DNA from: Lama guanicoe
Lineage: Eukaryota
Direction of reading: 5' to 3'
NCBI GenBank assembly: GCA_013239625.1
Contig: MU056050.1
Span: 7,482,773 to 7,546,772 of the forward strand
Length of the DNA stretch: 64,000 bases
In this document: one piece after another, positions 13,411 to 25,019 of the stretch
Layout of the letters: every line of letters begins with the position of its first letter
Numbering within the stretch: position 1 is the stretch's first letter
Position numbers and translations under genes: made by a program
Notes under the pieces: generated by a model
Told to the model about the DNA's origin: nothing
Databases searched by the model: none
Seen by the model: the letters and a program-made list of their open reading frames with translations, nothing else

Positions 13411-13527
13411 AAGTATTTAGAGACCACAGTCTTAATGCTGTGGTGGTTAGTTTGCTACTATGTTCATATTTTCTAGGCTTTTTCTATGATCAGATCTATG
13501 AATTAAATATTTGTTAAGGAAAACTAA

Positions 13528-13603
13528 TGAGATATTGGGGATCGAACCCAGGACCTTTTGTATGCTAAGCATGTGCTCTGCCACTTGAACTATACTCTTC
13601 CCC
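13528..13603 (-). mobile_element. tRNA-derived SINE head (Vic-1-like)
   Basis: ggggatcgaacccaggacc..gctaagcatgtgctctgccacttgaactatac, reverse complement of the 9023 SINE head. Confidence 0.8.
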
Positions 13604-15049
13604 TGCTTTAAGCTGCTTTTGTTCCTAAGGTATAACCTGCTAATGATGCATAGTTTAATGCATTTTAAAATCACTTCAAATAATTCGTTTCTGTGTGCTT
13701 AAGGTTAGATCATCATCTCAGTACAAAAGTAGATTTACGTGTTTCATTTTGTGTTTCAATTTTTAGTGATAGCTTTGATATTTTGATCTAATTTTAAAAA
13801 TAATTTTTAAAACAACCACATGGTTCCAAAGACAAGTATACAAAATAAGATATATTTACATAAATTTAGCTGTTCTTTTCATTCTGTTCTCTTCCTCCCC
13901 TTATATGTAGCCAAATTTATTATTTTGGCTTATCTTTCTAATATTGTTTTAAAATATGGATATAAATACACATTCCTATTCTTCCTTTTTCTCAGATAAA
14001 AGGTAGCATACCCTATATATTATTCTGCACCTTTTTTTTTAACCCAACAGTAGGTCCTGGAGATCATCCAGTAGTAGTGCTTAGATAGATTTTTCATTCC
14101 TTTTTACAGCTGCATAATTTTATTTTGTGTAAATGTAAATAGGTTATTCAATCAGTCTCTAAGGCAAGTACTTTAATAGGAAGAGTATCATGCAGCAGGC
14201 CTGGGAATGTGACACCCAGGTCATTAAAGAAAAGTATCAATTCCAAATTATTTGCAATTATTTAGATTTATTTGGGCAGTTATTATTTGAACAGTTGTTT
14301 ACTCAAAGAGGAAATTGCTCAAATGGTGAGGGCTTTATTTCAATACTGAACTGTTTGCTGGCAAGAAGGAATTGCATAATCAGACTAAGAGTAAAGGGAA
14401 TTACTATGATGGGGGGAAAATTACAATCCTTTAAAGAGAATGATGTCTTGATTCATTAGGGGAATAGCTTTAATTTGACAGAAAATTGTAACTTAAGGAA
14501 CTGCCAAATTGGAGGCTGAATGAAACACACTGGTAACTATCTGAGAGTCTTTAATTCCACATATCATTGTAGAAATTATTAATGATGTATTCTTTTTAAA
14601 ATTTGGAAGACATTTTTCAACCTAAGTATGAACAGTAAAAACAACAACAAAAACAAAAACAATTGTTAGAGGGAATTTGATGCTGTCCTGACACTGCTAT
14701 TCTTTTACTGGGTTTCCCATCTATTATCTCATTTCATCTTCATAACCACCTCTACAGTTATATATGGCAGGTATTATTTTCCCTGTGTGAGAGAGAAGAA
14801 TTTTCAGAGGTGTGAAATAACTTATCCAAGATCACTCAGGTATCCAGTAAAAATACTTTCCATTCCTAGCTCAGTGCTCTTTATCAAATAACAGCTATTC
14901 AAGCCCTCTAGTGAAATTTGGATGTATACTCAACACATAAAATGCTTGTGCTCACTCGAAACTCAGCAGTCTACTAAAAGGGTCTAGGGACAGAGTAGAG
15001 AAGAGAGGGCTGATAATAATCAGGTAGACCTATAAGATAATTTAATAGC

Positions 15050-15550
15050 TACATTAGTTAACTATTGTTGCATAGCAATTACTCAAACTTAATGAATTAA
15101 AGCAACAAATATTTATCATTTCATATAGTTTCTGAGAGTCAGGAATCCAGGAAAGACATAATTGGATAGTTATGGCTCAGGGTCTTTCATGAGGTTGCAA
15201 GTTGTCAAGGAGAGATTGAGAATTTGCTACCAAGCTCATTTACATGTTTGTGGGAAGGTCTCAGTTCCTTTCCAGCTATTGGCCAGAAGCCTCTATGTTT
15301 TGTCATGCCATGTGAACTTCTCCATGGAGTTATTTGACATGGCAGGTTGTTCCCTTCTCCCAGAGTGAGTGATCTGAGAGACAGAGAGCAGAAGGGAGTG
15401 AGAGCATCCAGGATAGAAGATGAGATTGTTTATGGCCTAATCTCAAAAGTGACATACTATCACTTCTGCCTTATCAAACAGACCAACCCTCTCTGAATAT
15501 CAGGAGGAGGGGATCATTGGAGAACCATTTTGGAGACTGGCTACCATTAT
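15050..15550 (-). mobile_element. MaLR LTR (MLT1-type)
   Basis: attagttaactattgttgcatagcaattactcaaacttaat start; ccattttggagactggctacca end. Confidence 0.75.
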
Positions 15551-16250
15551 AGTTAACAATGAGAGACAGTCTTACCAAGTGCAAGACACTGTGCTGAACA
15601 TTTTACCTGTATTAACTCATTTAGTACTCACAACAACACTGTGAGGCAGATTATATTATTATTCCTATTTTAAAGATGAAAAAACTGAGGTCACAGAACT
15701 AGAAAGTGGTAGAACCAAGATCCAAATCCAGGCAATTTGGCACTATACCACTAAGTATTGCTTCTTTCAGGTATTTGTGTTTTCGAAGGAAATAAAATAA
15801 TGTAATAAAGTGACTGGAGTGGGAAACAGCTAGGAATTTTTTGGTTTTGTTTTGTTTTAGATTGAATTCTCAGGGTAGGCCACTCTGTGGAGGTGATATT
15901 TAAGCTGTCACCTAAATGGTGAGAGAAGAGCTGGCCCCATGAAGACTTGGTAAAAATCCACTGCAGACGGAGGGATTATACTGCACAAAGACTCCAAGGC
16001 AGACAATAACCTGGTATTTTCAAGGAACACAAAGAAGTAAGTGTGGCTTGAGTGTATTAAGCAAAAAGGGTTGTTAGCTCTGAGATGGGTTTAGGAGTTA
16101 AGCAGGGGGCAAATTATTCAATGATCTCAGGAACTCTGTGAAATAAGCATCAATATCCCCATTTTAAAAATGAAAACAAGATAAGGAAATTGTGGGGCTA
16201 AGTGTCTTGCTCAAGGCCACAAAGTTGTAAAAGGCCAAGCCAGGATTTGG
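15550..16250. mobile_element. MIR / L2 / MIR fragments
   Basis: MIR cores at ~15660 and ~16155; L2-like gaggtgatatttaagctg segment between them. Confidence 0.6.
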
Positions 16251-16899
16251 CCTCATTTTTTTCCTTACTGTGTTGTCTTGTCTCCTTCACTGATTCATGC
16301 AACTTGAAGGTTTTGTTTTTGTTTTTGTTTTTGTTTTTGTTTTACTTATGTGTCTCTTGTCTCTTCCATTAGACTTGGGGAAAACTCCAAGGGCTTTTTC
16401 CTCCCTTAGTGCTGACTTGGCTTGGGTCAGAATGTCTACTCACTGGCTCTAGTAAGGGTGGGAGAGTGAACCCAAAGGAAGTATCATGCTTCCAAGAAGG
16501 CAGGTGCTATTCAAGTTTGATGGATTATGAGTCTGTTGTTGGCTACATAAACATAACCATTTGTGATATCTTATGAAGATAAAATAGGCCTGAACTCAGT
16601 TTAAGGGTGGCTATGACATAATTATTTTGCATTTGTCATAATGATGGTGGTTTTATTTTCTCACTCAGCTACTTACCCAGCTCTAGTTCTAGTTGTCAAT
16701 CACCTGCAGCCATGTTCTTTATCTCAGGCTTAGAGAAAAACTTCACACAACCCCCTCTCTGGTGTGAGGAGCTCATGGAATCCTCTTCTCCACAGAAGCA
16801 TCTATTAAGCTGATCAAAATGATCAAGGAAAACATTTAAAGTCTCTGAAGATTGACCTACAGGCTTACACAAAATTGAGAGGCATTTATTCAACAAATT

Positions 16900-18630
16900 T
16901 GATTGAAACTTCTAAGAACAATGGCAGGCCATAGCTGTTGCTGCATCCATCCCTCCTCCAGCTCCATCTGTGGAAAAACTACTCCAGACACAATGAGCGG
17001 ACTGAACTGACTCAGGAGCTATAGTAAAATAGTAGATAACATATCTTCCCAGTTCCTTGGTCTGGAATATCTATACTGGAAAGGTGGTGGAACCTGGTGA
17101 ATACCCCATTTCTCCCATCTCTCTGATGCAGAAATCTACACTGCATGGGTAACAGCAACCAGTTGGTGGTGCCTGTTTCCTTCACCCACAGTGCCCGCTC
17201 TATAGGGAGGATCTGGGTGGAGTAGTCAATGAAGAACAGTGTCCCCCAAATCTCCTGCAACCTGCATGCCATAGCACTGAGGTTCTGCCTGGGAGAAGGT
17301 ACAAAGACTGGCAAATCTGGCCCAGCCAGAGAGAGGAGACTTCATTTGGATCAGAGAGTGGAGGAATTCATGTCCCCAGGGTGTTCTTTAACAATTTTAT
17401 ACAATATTGTATAATATTACATATTATATTATAATATTTATTATATATTATATAATAATGTATAAAACAATAGCTCACAGTGGCTAGCAATCAGAGGAGG
17501 ATAACAGCTTAGTGATACCAATAGAGGGAGACCAGCCATAAGTTTAACAGATACATCAAGAAAAGAGAGAGTCTAAGAGTCCTGCTAAAACCACACTCAT
17601 CTCCTGTGGTCTGGAAGAATTCTATGCTCAAGGCTGCACTGTCTTAGGAATGACAAGAAAAAGTGCTTTCAAAATATAAGTCCCTGATTGAATGGTTTTC
17701 CCCTGAACTGTGAAAGCAGTCTCCAAGCCACGCACAGATCCAAGGGTAAAGGATGAAAACTTCACTGGATCTGGAGACTTCTTTTTTTGGATCTGGAGAC
17801 TTATGCACAACTTCTAACTAATTGATGGCTTAACCACTAAGCTATGCTGACTCAAGAGCAACCTCTAGGAAGCCAGACTGAAAAGTGAAAAGGGAAAAAT
17901 TTCAGCAGAAACATTTGAGGCTGCCCACTACAGGGAAATAGACTTCTCAGAATTAGTCCAGCCAAATCACTAAATAAATAAACAAACAATAGCAAGCCCC
18001 AGAAGGAGATTAGTTTTAGAGTTGCTACAATATTACCTGAAATGTCCAGTTTTCAACAAAAAATTATATATACAAAGAGGCAGAAAAGTGTGATCCATAC
18101 TCAGGGAAAAAAAGTAGTCAATAGAAACTGTATCTGAGCAGACCCAGATGTTGGCCTAAGCAAAGACTTTAAAGTAACTATAATAAATATGTTCCAGAAA
18201 GTAAAGGAAACTACATTTAAATAATGAAAGGAATGTATGTTGACAATTTGCCATTATATAGAGAATATCAATAAAGAGGTAGACATAAAAATAACACAGT
18301 GGAAATTCTGGAGTTGAAAAGTATAATCACTGAAATGAAAAGTTCAGTAGAAAGGCTCAATAGCAGATTAGAGCTGGCAGAAGAAAGAATTAGCAAACTA
18401 GAAAATAGATCAATCAAAATTATACAGCCTGAGGAACAGAAAGAAAAAAGAATGAAAAAACTAAACAGAACTTCAGAGACCTGTTGGACACCATCAAGTG
18501 TACCACCATATGCATAATGGGAATCCCAGAAGGAAAGGAGAGAAAGGGGCAGAAAGAATACTCAAAGAGCTAATGACTCAACAAATCTGACCAAAAAAAT
18601 TAATCTACACATCCAATAAGCTCAATAGGC
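16900..18630 (+). mobile_element. Old L1 5'UTR plus ORF1 N-terminal coiled-coil fragment
   Basis: ORF 18299-18517 EILELKSIITEMKSSVERLNSRLELAEERISKLENRSIKIIQPEEQKEKRMKK is a typical L1 ORF1p heptad region; 5' boundary uncertain. Confidence 0.8.
17395..17468. repeat. AT-rich low-complexity tract
   Basis: tataatattacatattatattataatatttattatatattatataat. Confidence 0.8.
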
Positions 18631-19274
18631 CCTTTTCTGATTTTATTCTCCAATGGCTGGGTGTCCCTAAGTGAGAAACTCCCTCCTTTCTCACCTCCCT
18701 GAAATTGGACAACCTCTGGGGCTAGAGACCAGAGGAAGTATTGGGCAGGGTGTCCAGGTCTGCTGTGTAGATTTGAGCCTATGGACCTTACAAAAAGGTG
18801 TAAGACCAAGGGAGTTCAAGGAGACTGTAATCCAGCCCATGCTCAACTTTCTAAGCTATACAACTAATTCAGGGCAGTGGCTACCCAGAGAGATGGAGAG
18901 CCATTCTTTTCTAATTTGTCCAAAGTCTCAAATTGCACTCGAAGCCTTGTGCCCATTAAGCAACATGTATTACAAGGGATACCTTTTTCTAATTCTCAGG
19001 AAGGCACTTTGTAGATTAGTGTGGGTGATGGAATGGAGGCAGGAAAGTGGTGGGACTCAGGGAAGACAGAAAAGCCACTTCACGGAGGAATACAATCATG
19101 CATACAATCAAGCAGGTAGGACTTGAAAGTTAATAAAACTCAAGACATCCACAAATCTTACCTTCAACTCTGCCTGGGACTTGAGGGTCTGATCATGAGA
19201 GTAATTCTTTTAGTTTCAATGACTCCAGAAGGCCTTTGCCAAAGGGCTCCGTTGTTACTTGAATGAGGTAACCT

Positions 19275-19480
19275 AGGCCTAGCATGGTGGTTAAGAGCCA
19301 TTTGACCTTGGGCAAGTTGATTTCCTTTTCTGAGTCTTAGGTTTTTCTTCCATAAAAGAGGGCAATGATAATATCTATCTCGGAGGGCTATCGTAAGGAA
19401 GGAAAAGGAATGTAAAGTACTTAACGAAGTGTTTGGCACATAATAAGACTCTCAATACATGTGAGTAAGCAATCTATCAT
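19275..19480 (+). mobile_element. MIR SINE
   Basis: agcatggtggttaagagc..tgaccttgggcaagtt..tggcacataataagactctcaataca. Confidence 0.8.
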
Positions 19481-19727
19481 TAATGCTTAAAGTGTAGTCA
19501 CCAAAGGCAGGAATGATGCTCCTACAACTGTACCTTCTCTTATCAGGAGATCTGGAACCTCTTGAAAGTCAGTCTTTTCCTTGGAGGCATATGTCTCCTT
19601 TTCCTTGGCTCTGCAAGGCAGATCCTTCCTGGACCCACTTCTTTCTAGGCTATATTGGCTGGCATTGGAGCTAGAGACTATAGTCTTGGTTTCCTGGAAT
19701 TTGAAGGGGTCTTAAAGGAACACTGTC

Positions 19728-19905
19728 TCAGGGATTTCCAAAGACTACTGTGTGTATAGGCTTCAGATCAGCATCATCTGACGAATCTTGTTAAAATACA
19801 GATTAGTGAGAGCCCTCTTTCTTTCTCAGAGAATCTTTTGTCAGGAGACCTGGAGTGGGACTTGAAAATCTGTGCTTTTGGCCAGTGCCCCAGATGATTC
19901 TGGAC
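19728..19905. mobile_element. MER5A-like hAT-Charlie MITE
   Basis: cagcatcatctgacgaatcttgttaaaatacagatt..ccccagatgattctg. Confidence 0.65.
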
Positions 19906-21109
19906 TCCTGCACTCCCCTCCCTCATGTCTGCAATCATGAAATGCCCTAGAAGGCACCAAACACCTATACCAGGGATGAGGAAGCCGACTGATAGGCAGG
20001 CAGGCTCTTGCTGTAGAAAGGTTTGTCCCTACATAAGCCCATTTCCTCTGCCTCCCATACCTTGATGACATCACTAAGTCTGAGCTTTGAAGCCAAAATG
20101 CAGAAAACCAATTTTCTCCCTCATTTCCATGTCACCAACATGACAGCCCTGTTCCTTAAAACTGAAAATAGCTTCTGCCTCCTGCCCAACTCTTTCCATG
20201 TTTCACTTCTCCAGGCTGAGCAACCTTACCACCCTCTATGTAACTAATCAGCTAGAGGATATTGTAGCCTTACCAGGACCTAGAAAACTGAACACTTGCC
20301 TTCAGCTTTCATTGCTTTTCCAGGCATGGTGGAACAGCAGTAGGTGGCAGCTGTGTCCCAAAATGTCCCCATACTCTCTCCCTTCCTTCCTCATTTCTAC
20401 TCTCCCTCTTGTTCTATCCAGAAGTGACAGGCATTACGGGACAGTTTGCTGCTTCAAGTCCCCCCAAACCAACATGTTGAACACTGCTGTATATACTTCA
20501 TACAGAGGGCGCATTAGTTTTGCTTGGTGAGCTCACCCCAATTGGGTTCCCAGAGGGAAATTCTAACACAGAGAATTAAGAATCAGCCAACAGATGGGGT
20601 GAGGAGCATGATGGGGAGGGTGGCAGCCAGGATTGCACATCTCCTGGAGTCTGTATCAACCATAAGATTGACAGGCTGGTTCTGTAGGAAGCAGCCAAGC
20701 TCCCAGTGGAAAGACAAGATCAGGTGATAGAATGAAGTAGTTCTTCACAATATTTACATAGTAAGTCTCTGTCCACTCAGGGATGTCTTTCCAGAATATG
20801 AAATCAGCCACTTTGGACCTGCTGTTTTTTGTTTTGTGTCATTTGAGGGTCTTTTTTTTTTTTGGAGGAATGGATATAAGGGAGGGAGGGTACTTTTCTT
20901 CTGGGTTTCTTGGGTGGCACATAAACTCAAGTCATGAAGCCCATGCCCCAACTCAAGATATCCTAGACCAATAATCTCCAGCCTGTGGGCTGCAGACTCC
21001 TTACTGCAACTAGTCTGTGAACCACACACTTGTATATTTCATACTTTCATAGTTGGGTAACCTAAACTTTTTGAGATACCTTTTTTGAGGCCCTTCTTTG
21101 AGAAACTTC

Positions 21110-21488
21110 TTCAAAGTCTCAGTTCTTAATTTTTCCTTTTTTCTATCTACAATTATTCTCTTGTTCATATCAAGTCCCCTAGCTTTACTATCTTAATCCC
21201 TTCCCCCCACTCTACTGCCAAACCCTCTACATTTACAGCCTTCTCCATCTTAAAACCTTAAAGTCATACTTGACACTCTTCTTTCTCTCACATCCTACAT
21301 GCATCTGTCAGCAAATTCTGTTAGTTCAACCTTCAAAATACTATACATTTGGAATCCAACTATTGCTATAATCCTAGTTGGAGCCAACATCTATTTCTCT
21401 CCTGGATTTCTGCAAAAATTTCCTAACTGTTGTCCCTTCTGTCACTCTTTCCCATTAAACTCTGTTCTTAACAACCAAGTGATGTTTT
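21110..21488. mobile_element. L2 fragment, resuming at ~27678-28270 after the nested L1
   Basis: gtcatacttgacactcttctttctctcacatcc..tcagcaaattctgttagttcaaccttcaaaata. Confidence 0.7.
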
Positions 21489-22049
21489 ATTTTAATTGAA
21501 AAATTTATTGTGATAATTGTCAGTTCATAAGCAGTTGTAATAAATAATTCCTAGAGACCCACTGATGCTTTGCTTAATTCTCCAAATGGTAACATTTTGC
21601 AAAACTAGAGTGTAATATCACAACCAGGATATTGGCACATAATTTGCTGATTTTATTCTGATTGTCCCAGTTTTGCTTGTACTTATTTGTTCATGTGTGT
21701 GTATTAAGTTCTATACAATTTTATCACTTATGTAGCTTTGTGTGTCCACACCACAGTCAAGATACAGAACGTTTCCACAAAGATCCCTTGTGTTGCTCTT
21801 TTATAGCCATACTCACATCCCTCCCATGCCACTCCCCTGCTCCATCCTTAAGCCCTGGCAACCATTAACCAGTCTTCCATTTCTAAAATTTTGTCCTTTC
21901 AAAAATGACATATAAAGGGGATTACACAGCATGTAACCTTTTGGGATTAGCTTTTTGTTTGTTTGTTTGTTTTTTTACTCAGCATAATTTTCCAAGTTGT
22001 TGTGTTTATCAGTAGTTCATTACTTTTACTGCTGAGTGATATTCCATGG

Positions 22050-22330
22050 AGTATTAGTTTGCTAGGGCTGCTATAGCAAAGTACTGCAAATTGTGTGGCT
22101 TAAAACAGGAATTTATTGTCTCATAGTTCTGGAGCTAGAAGTCCAAAATTAAGGTATTGGTAGGGCCATGCTCCCTATGAGACTTTGTCTTGTTAGAACC
22201 CTTTATTGTCTCTTCCTAGCTTCTGGTAGTGGCCATTATCCTTGGCTTGTAGCTGCATCAGTCATATCTCTACCTACGTCATCATATGGCCATCTTTTCT
22301 GTATCCAAATTTCCCCTTTTTATTTTATTA
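22050..22330 (-). mobile_element. MaLR LTR fragment (MLT1B/C-like)
   Basis: tattagtttgctagggctgctatagcaaagtac..gaatttattgtctcatagttctggagctagaagtcc. Confidence 0.8.
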
Positions 22331-22658
22331 AGAGGTGGATGGCAAGGGAACTTCAAGGGGAGAGGAGGATTAGAGAGAGGGTTTACATTCTAGATGATGT
22401 TACCGACCAGTATGATGGGGACTCTCTGGATCAAGGGGCTTTGAAGGACAAGAGTGTCTTGGGGGTTTTTATCTGATTTATAGTGTAGTTTTGTGGCATA
22501 TGCAAAGCAGTCAGGCTCTAAATGGCTGAAAATCTGGTTGTATAAAAATTAGAGTTTGGTGCTGGTAGACTTTTGAGTGAATGAGTACTGGCCTGCTTTG
22601 AAGAAATAAACAACATAGGGCCAATATACTGAGGCCATCTTTCACTCATTTATACAAC
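22331..22658 (-). mobile_element. ERV LTR fragment (MER67-like)
   Basis: Reverse complement begins tgttgtataaatgagtgaaagatggcctcagtatattggccctatgttgtttatttcttc; family recalled from memory. Confidence 0.55.
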
Positions 22659-23097
22659 ACAGGATTGTTGGGTTGTTTGGGAACTCCAAATTTAACATGG
22701 TGAGGAAGTACTAAACAGTTTTCAAGAGTATACCATTTTACGTTACCATCAGTGATGTATGAGTGATCCAATTTCTCTGTATTCTTGCCAGCATTTGGTG
22801 TTGTCACTGTTTTTAATTTCGGCCTTTCTGGTAGATATGTAGTAATATTTCATTGTAGTTTTATTTGCATTCCCCTGATGGTTAATGATGTTGACTATCT
22901 CTTCATGTACTTATTCACCACCTATGTATCCTCCTCAGTGAAATCTCTGTTCATATTATTTTGCCTATTTCCTGATTTGATCTTTTTAAACTGTTGAATT
23001 TTGAGAGTTATTTATATACTCACAATACCTGTCCTTTGCCAGATATATGGGTTGCAAATATTGTCCCCCACCCTGCAGCTTGCTGATTCATCCTCTT

Positions 23098-24339
23098 TTT
23101 TAAGTGTTTAGTACTATTCCTTTTTTTAAAAAATTTTTATTGAGTTGTTATTTTACAATGTTGTGTCAAATTCCAGTGTAGAGCACAATTTTTCAGTTAT
23201 ACATGAACATACATATATTCATTGTCACATCTTTTTCTCTGTGAGCTACTATAAGATCTTGTATATATTTCACTGTGCTATACAGTATAATCTTATCTAT
23301 TCTACATTTTGAACTCCCAGTCTGTCCCTTCCCACCCCCTGCCCCCTTGACAACCACAAGTTTGTATTCTATGTCTATGAGTCTGTTTCTGTTTTGTATT
23401 TATGTTCCTTTTTAAAAAAAATTTTTTTTAGATTCCACATATGAGCCATCTCATATGGTATTTTTCTTTCTCTTTCTGACTTACTTCACTTAGAATGACA
23501 TTCTCCAGGGACATCCATCTTGCTGCAAATGGCATTATGTTGTCGGGTTTTATGGCTGAATAGTATTCCATTGTATAAATATACCACCACTTCTTCATCC
23601 AGTCATCTGTTGATGGACATTTGGGCTGTTTCCATGTCTTGGCTATTGTAAATAGTGCTGCTATGAACATTGGGGTGCAGGTGTCTTTTTGAAGTAGGGT
23701 TCCTTCTGGGTATATGTCCAAGAGTGAGATTACTGGTCATATGGTAAGTCTATTCCTAGTCTTTTGAGGAATCTCCATACTGGTTCCACAGTGGCTGCAC
23801 CAAACTGCATTCCCACCAGAAGTGTAGGAGGGTTCCCTTTTCTCCACAGCCTCTCCAGCATCTGTCATTTGTGGACTTTTGAATGATGGCCATTCTGACT
23901 GGTGTGAGGTGATAGATACCTCATTGTAGTTTTGATTTGCATTTCTCTGATAATTAGTGATATTGAGCATTTTTTCATGTGCCTATGGATCATTTGTATG
24001 TCTTCCTTGGAGAATTGCTTGTTTAGGTCTTCTGCGCATTTTTGGATTGGGTTGTTTGTTTTTTTCTTATTAAGTTGTATGAACTGCTTATATATTCTGG
24101 AAATCAAGCCTTTGTCGATTTCATTTGCAAAACTTTTCTCCCGTTCCATAGGTTGTCGTTTTGTTTTGCTTATGGTTTCCATTGCTGTGCAGAAGCTTGT
24201 AAGTTTCATTAGGTCCCATTTGTTTATTCTTGCTTTTATTTCTATTGCTTGTGTAGACTGCCCTAGGAGAACATTTTTGAGATGTATGTCAGATAATGTT
24301 TTGCCTATATTTTCTTCTAGGAGGTTTATTATATCTTGT
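23098..24339 (-). mobile_element. Young lineage-specific L1, 5'-truncated, with short extra 3' sequence
   Basis: TSD tgattcatcctctt at 23084-23097 and 24340-24353; ORF2 C-terminal peptides nearly identical to the 5834-7790 copy. Confidence 0.95.
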
Positions 24340-24541
24340 TGATTCATCCTCTTAACAGAGTTCTATGCATAGCAGAAGTTTGTTTTTTTATTTTGATGAA
24401 GTCTAATCTTCAGTTTTTCCTTTTATGGACCACATTTTTGGTGTCAAGTTTAATAAATCTTTGCCTAGCCCTAAATGTTGAAGATTTTCTCTTACTTTTT
24501 AGAAAAAGTTTTATAGTTTTATGTTTAACATTTCAGTCCAT

Positions 24542-25019
24542 TGTTGAGAAAGCAGTCATTGAACGACCTGTCACCCTTCCCCAGGCTTTCCCACTCAAAA
24601 CCTCGGACCTAGAACATTTCCTACCCTAAAGATAAGAAGCCTTCACAGCCTGTGCCATTCTTATCACCTTGTGTGGGAATATCTGTCCTTGTTTCAGACT
24701 CAATGTGACTCCTTTTTTCTGCTTAAGTGTGTGCGTCACATGGCACCTGGCCAACCCCACTGTTCTATCTGTCCCCTGCGGAGACATAAGGGGTGTATGT
24801 AGGCCAATTGCCCTGCAATAGTTGCTGGGAGGGATCAACACCCACTGTTGAAGCTTATCTTGCTCTTACTTCTCTAGGTAAGTAAAACACTGTTTCATCC
24901 AGTTTTGTGTTTTCCTTGAAGACTCCAATACCAAGATCCTGGTAGTTGATATAGTTATGATCTTTGCTACCTTCTATGAAGTTGGAGTCCTTTCCTGGCA
25001 TTGGTGTTTCTGCTTGACA
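24542..25019 (+). mobile_element. Solo LTR (ERVL MER54/MER74-like) inserted in L1MC
   Basis: tgttgaga..cttgaca termini (TG..CA); interrupts host L1 cagtccat|tgttccattttgag; agtaaa signal at ~24881. Confidence 0.7.
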
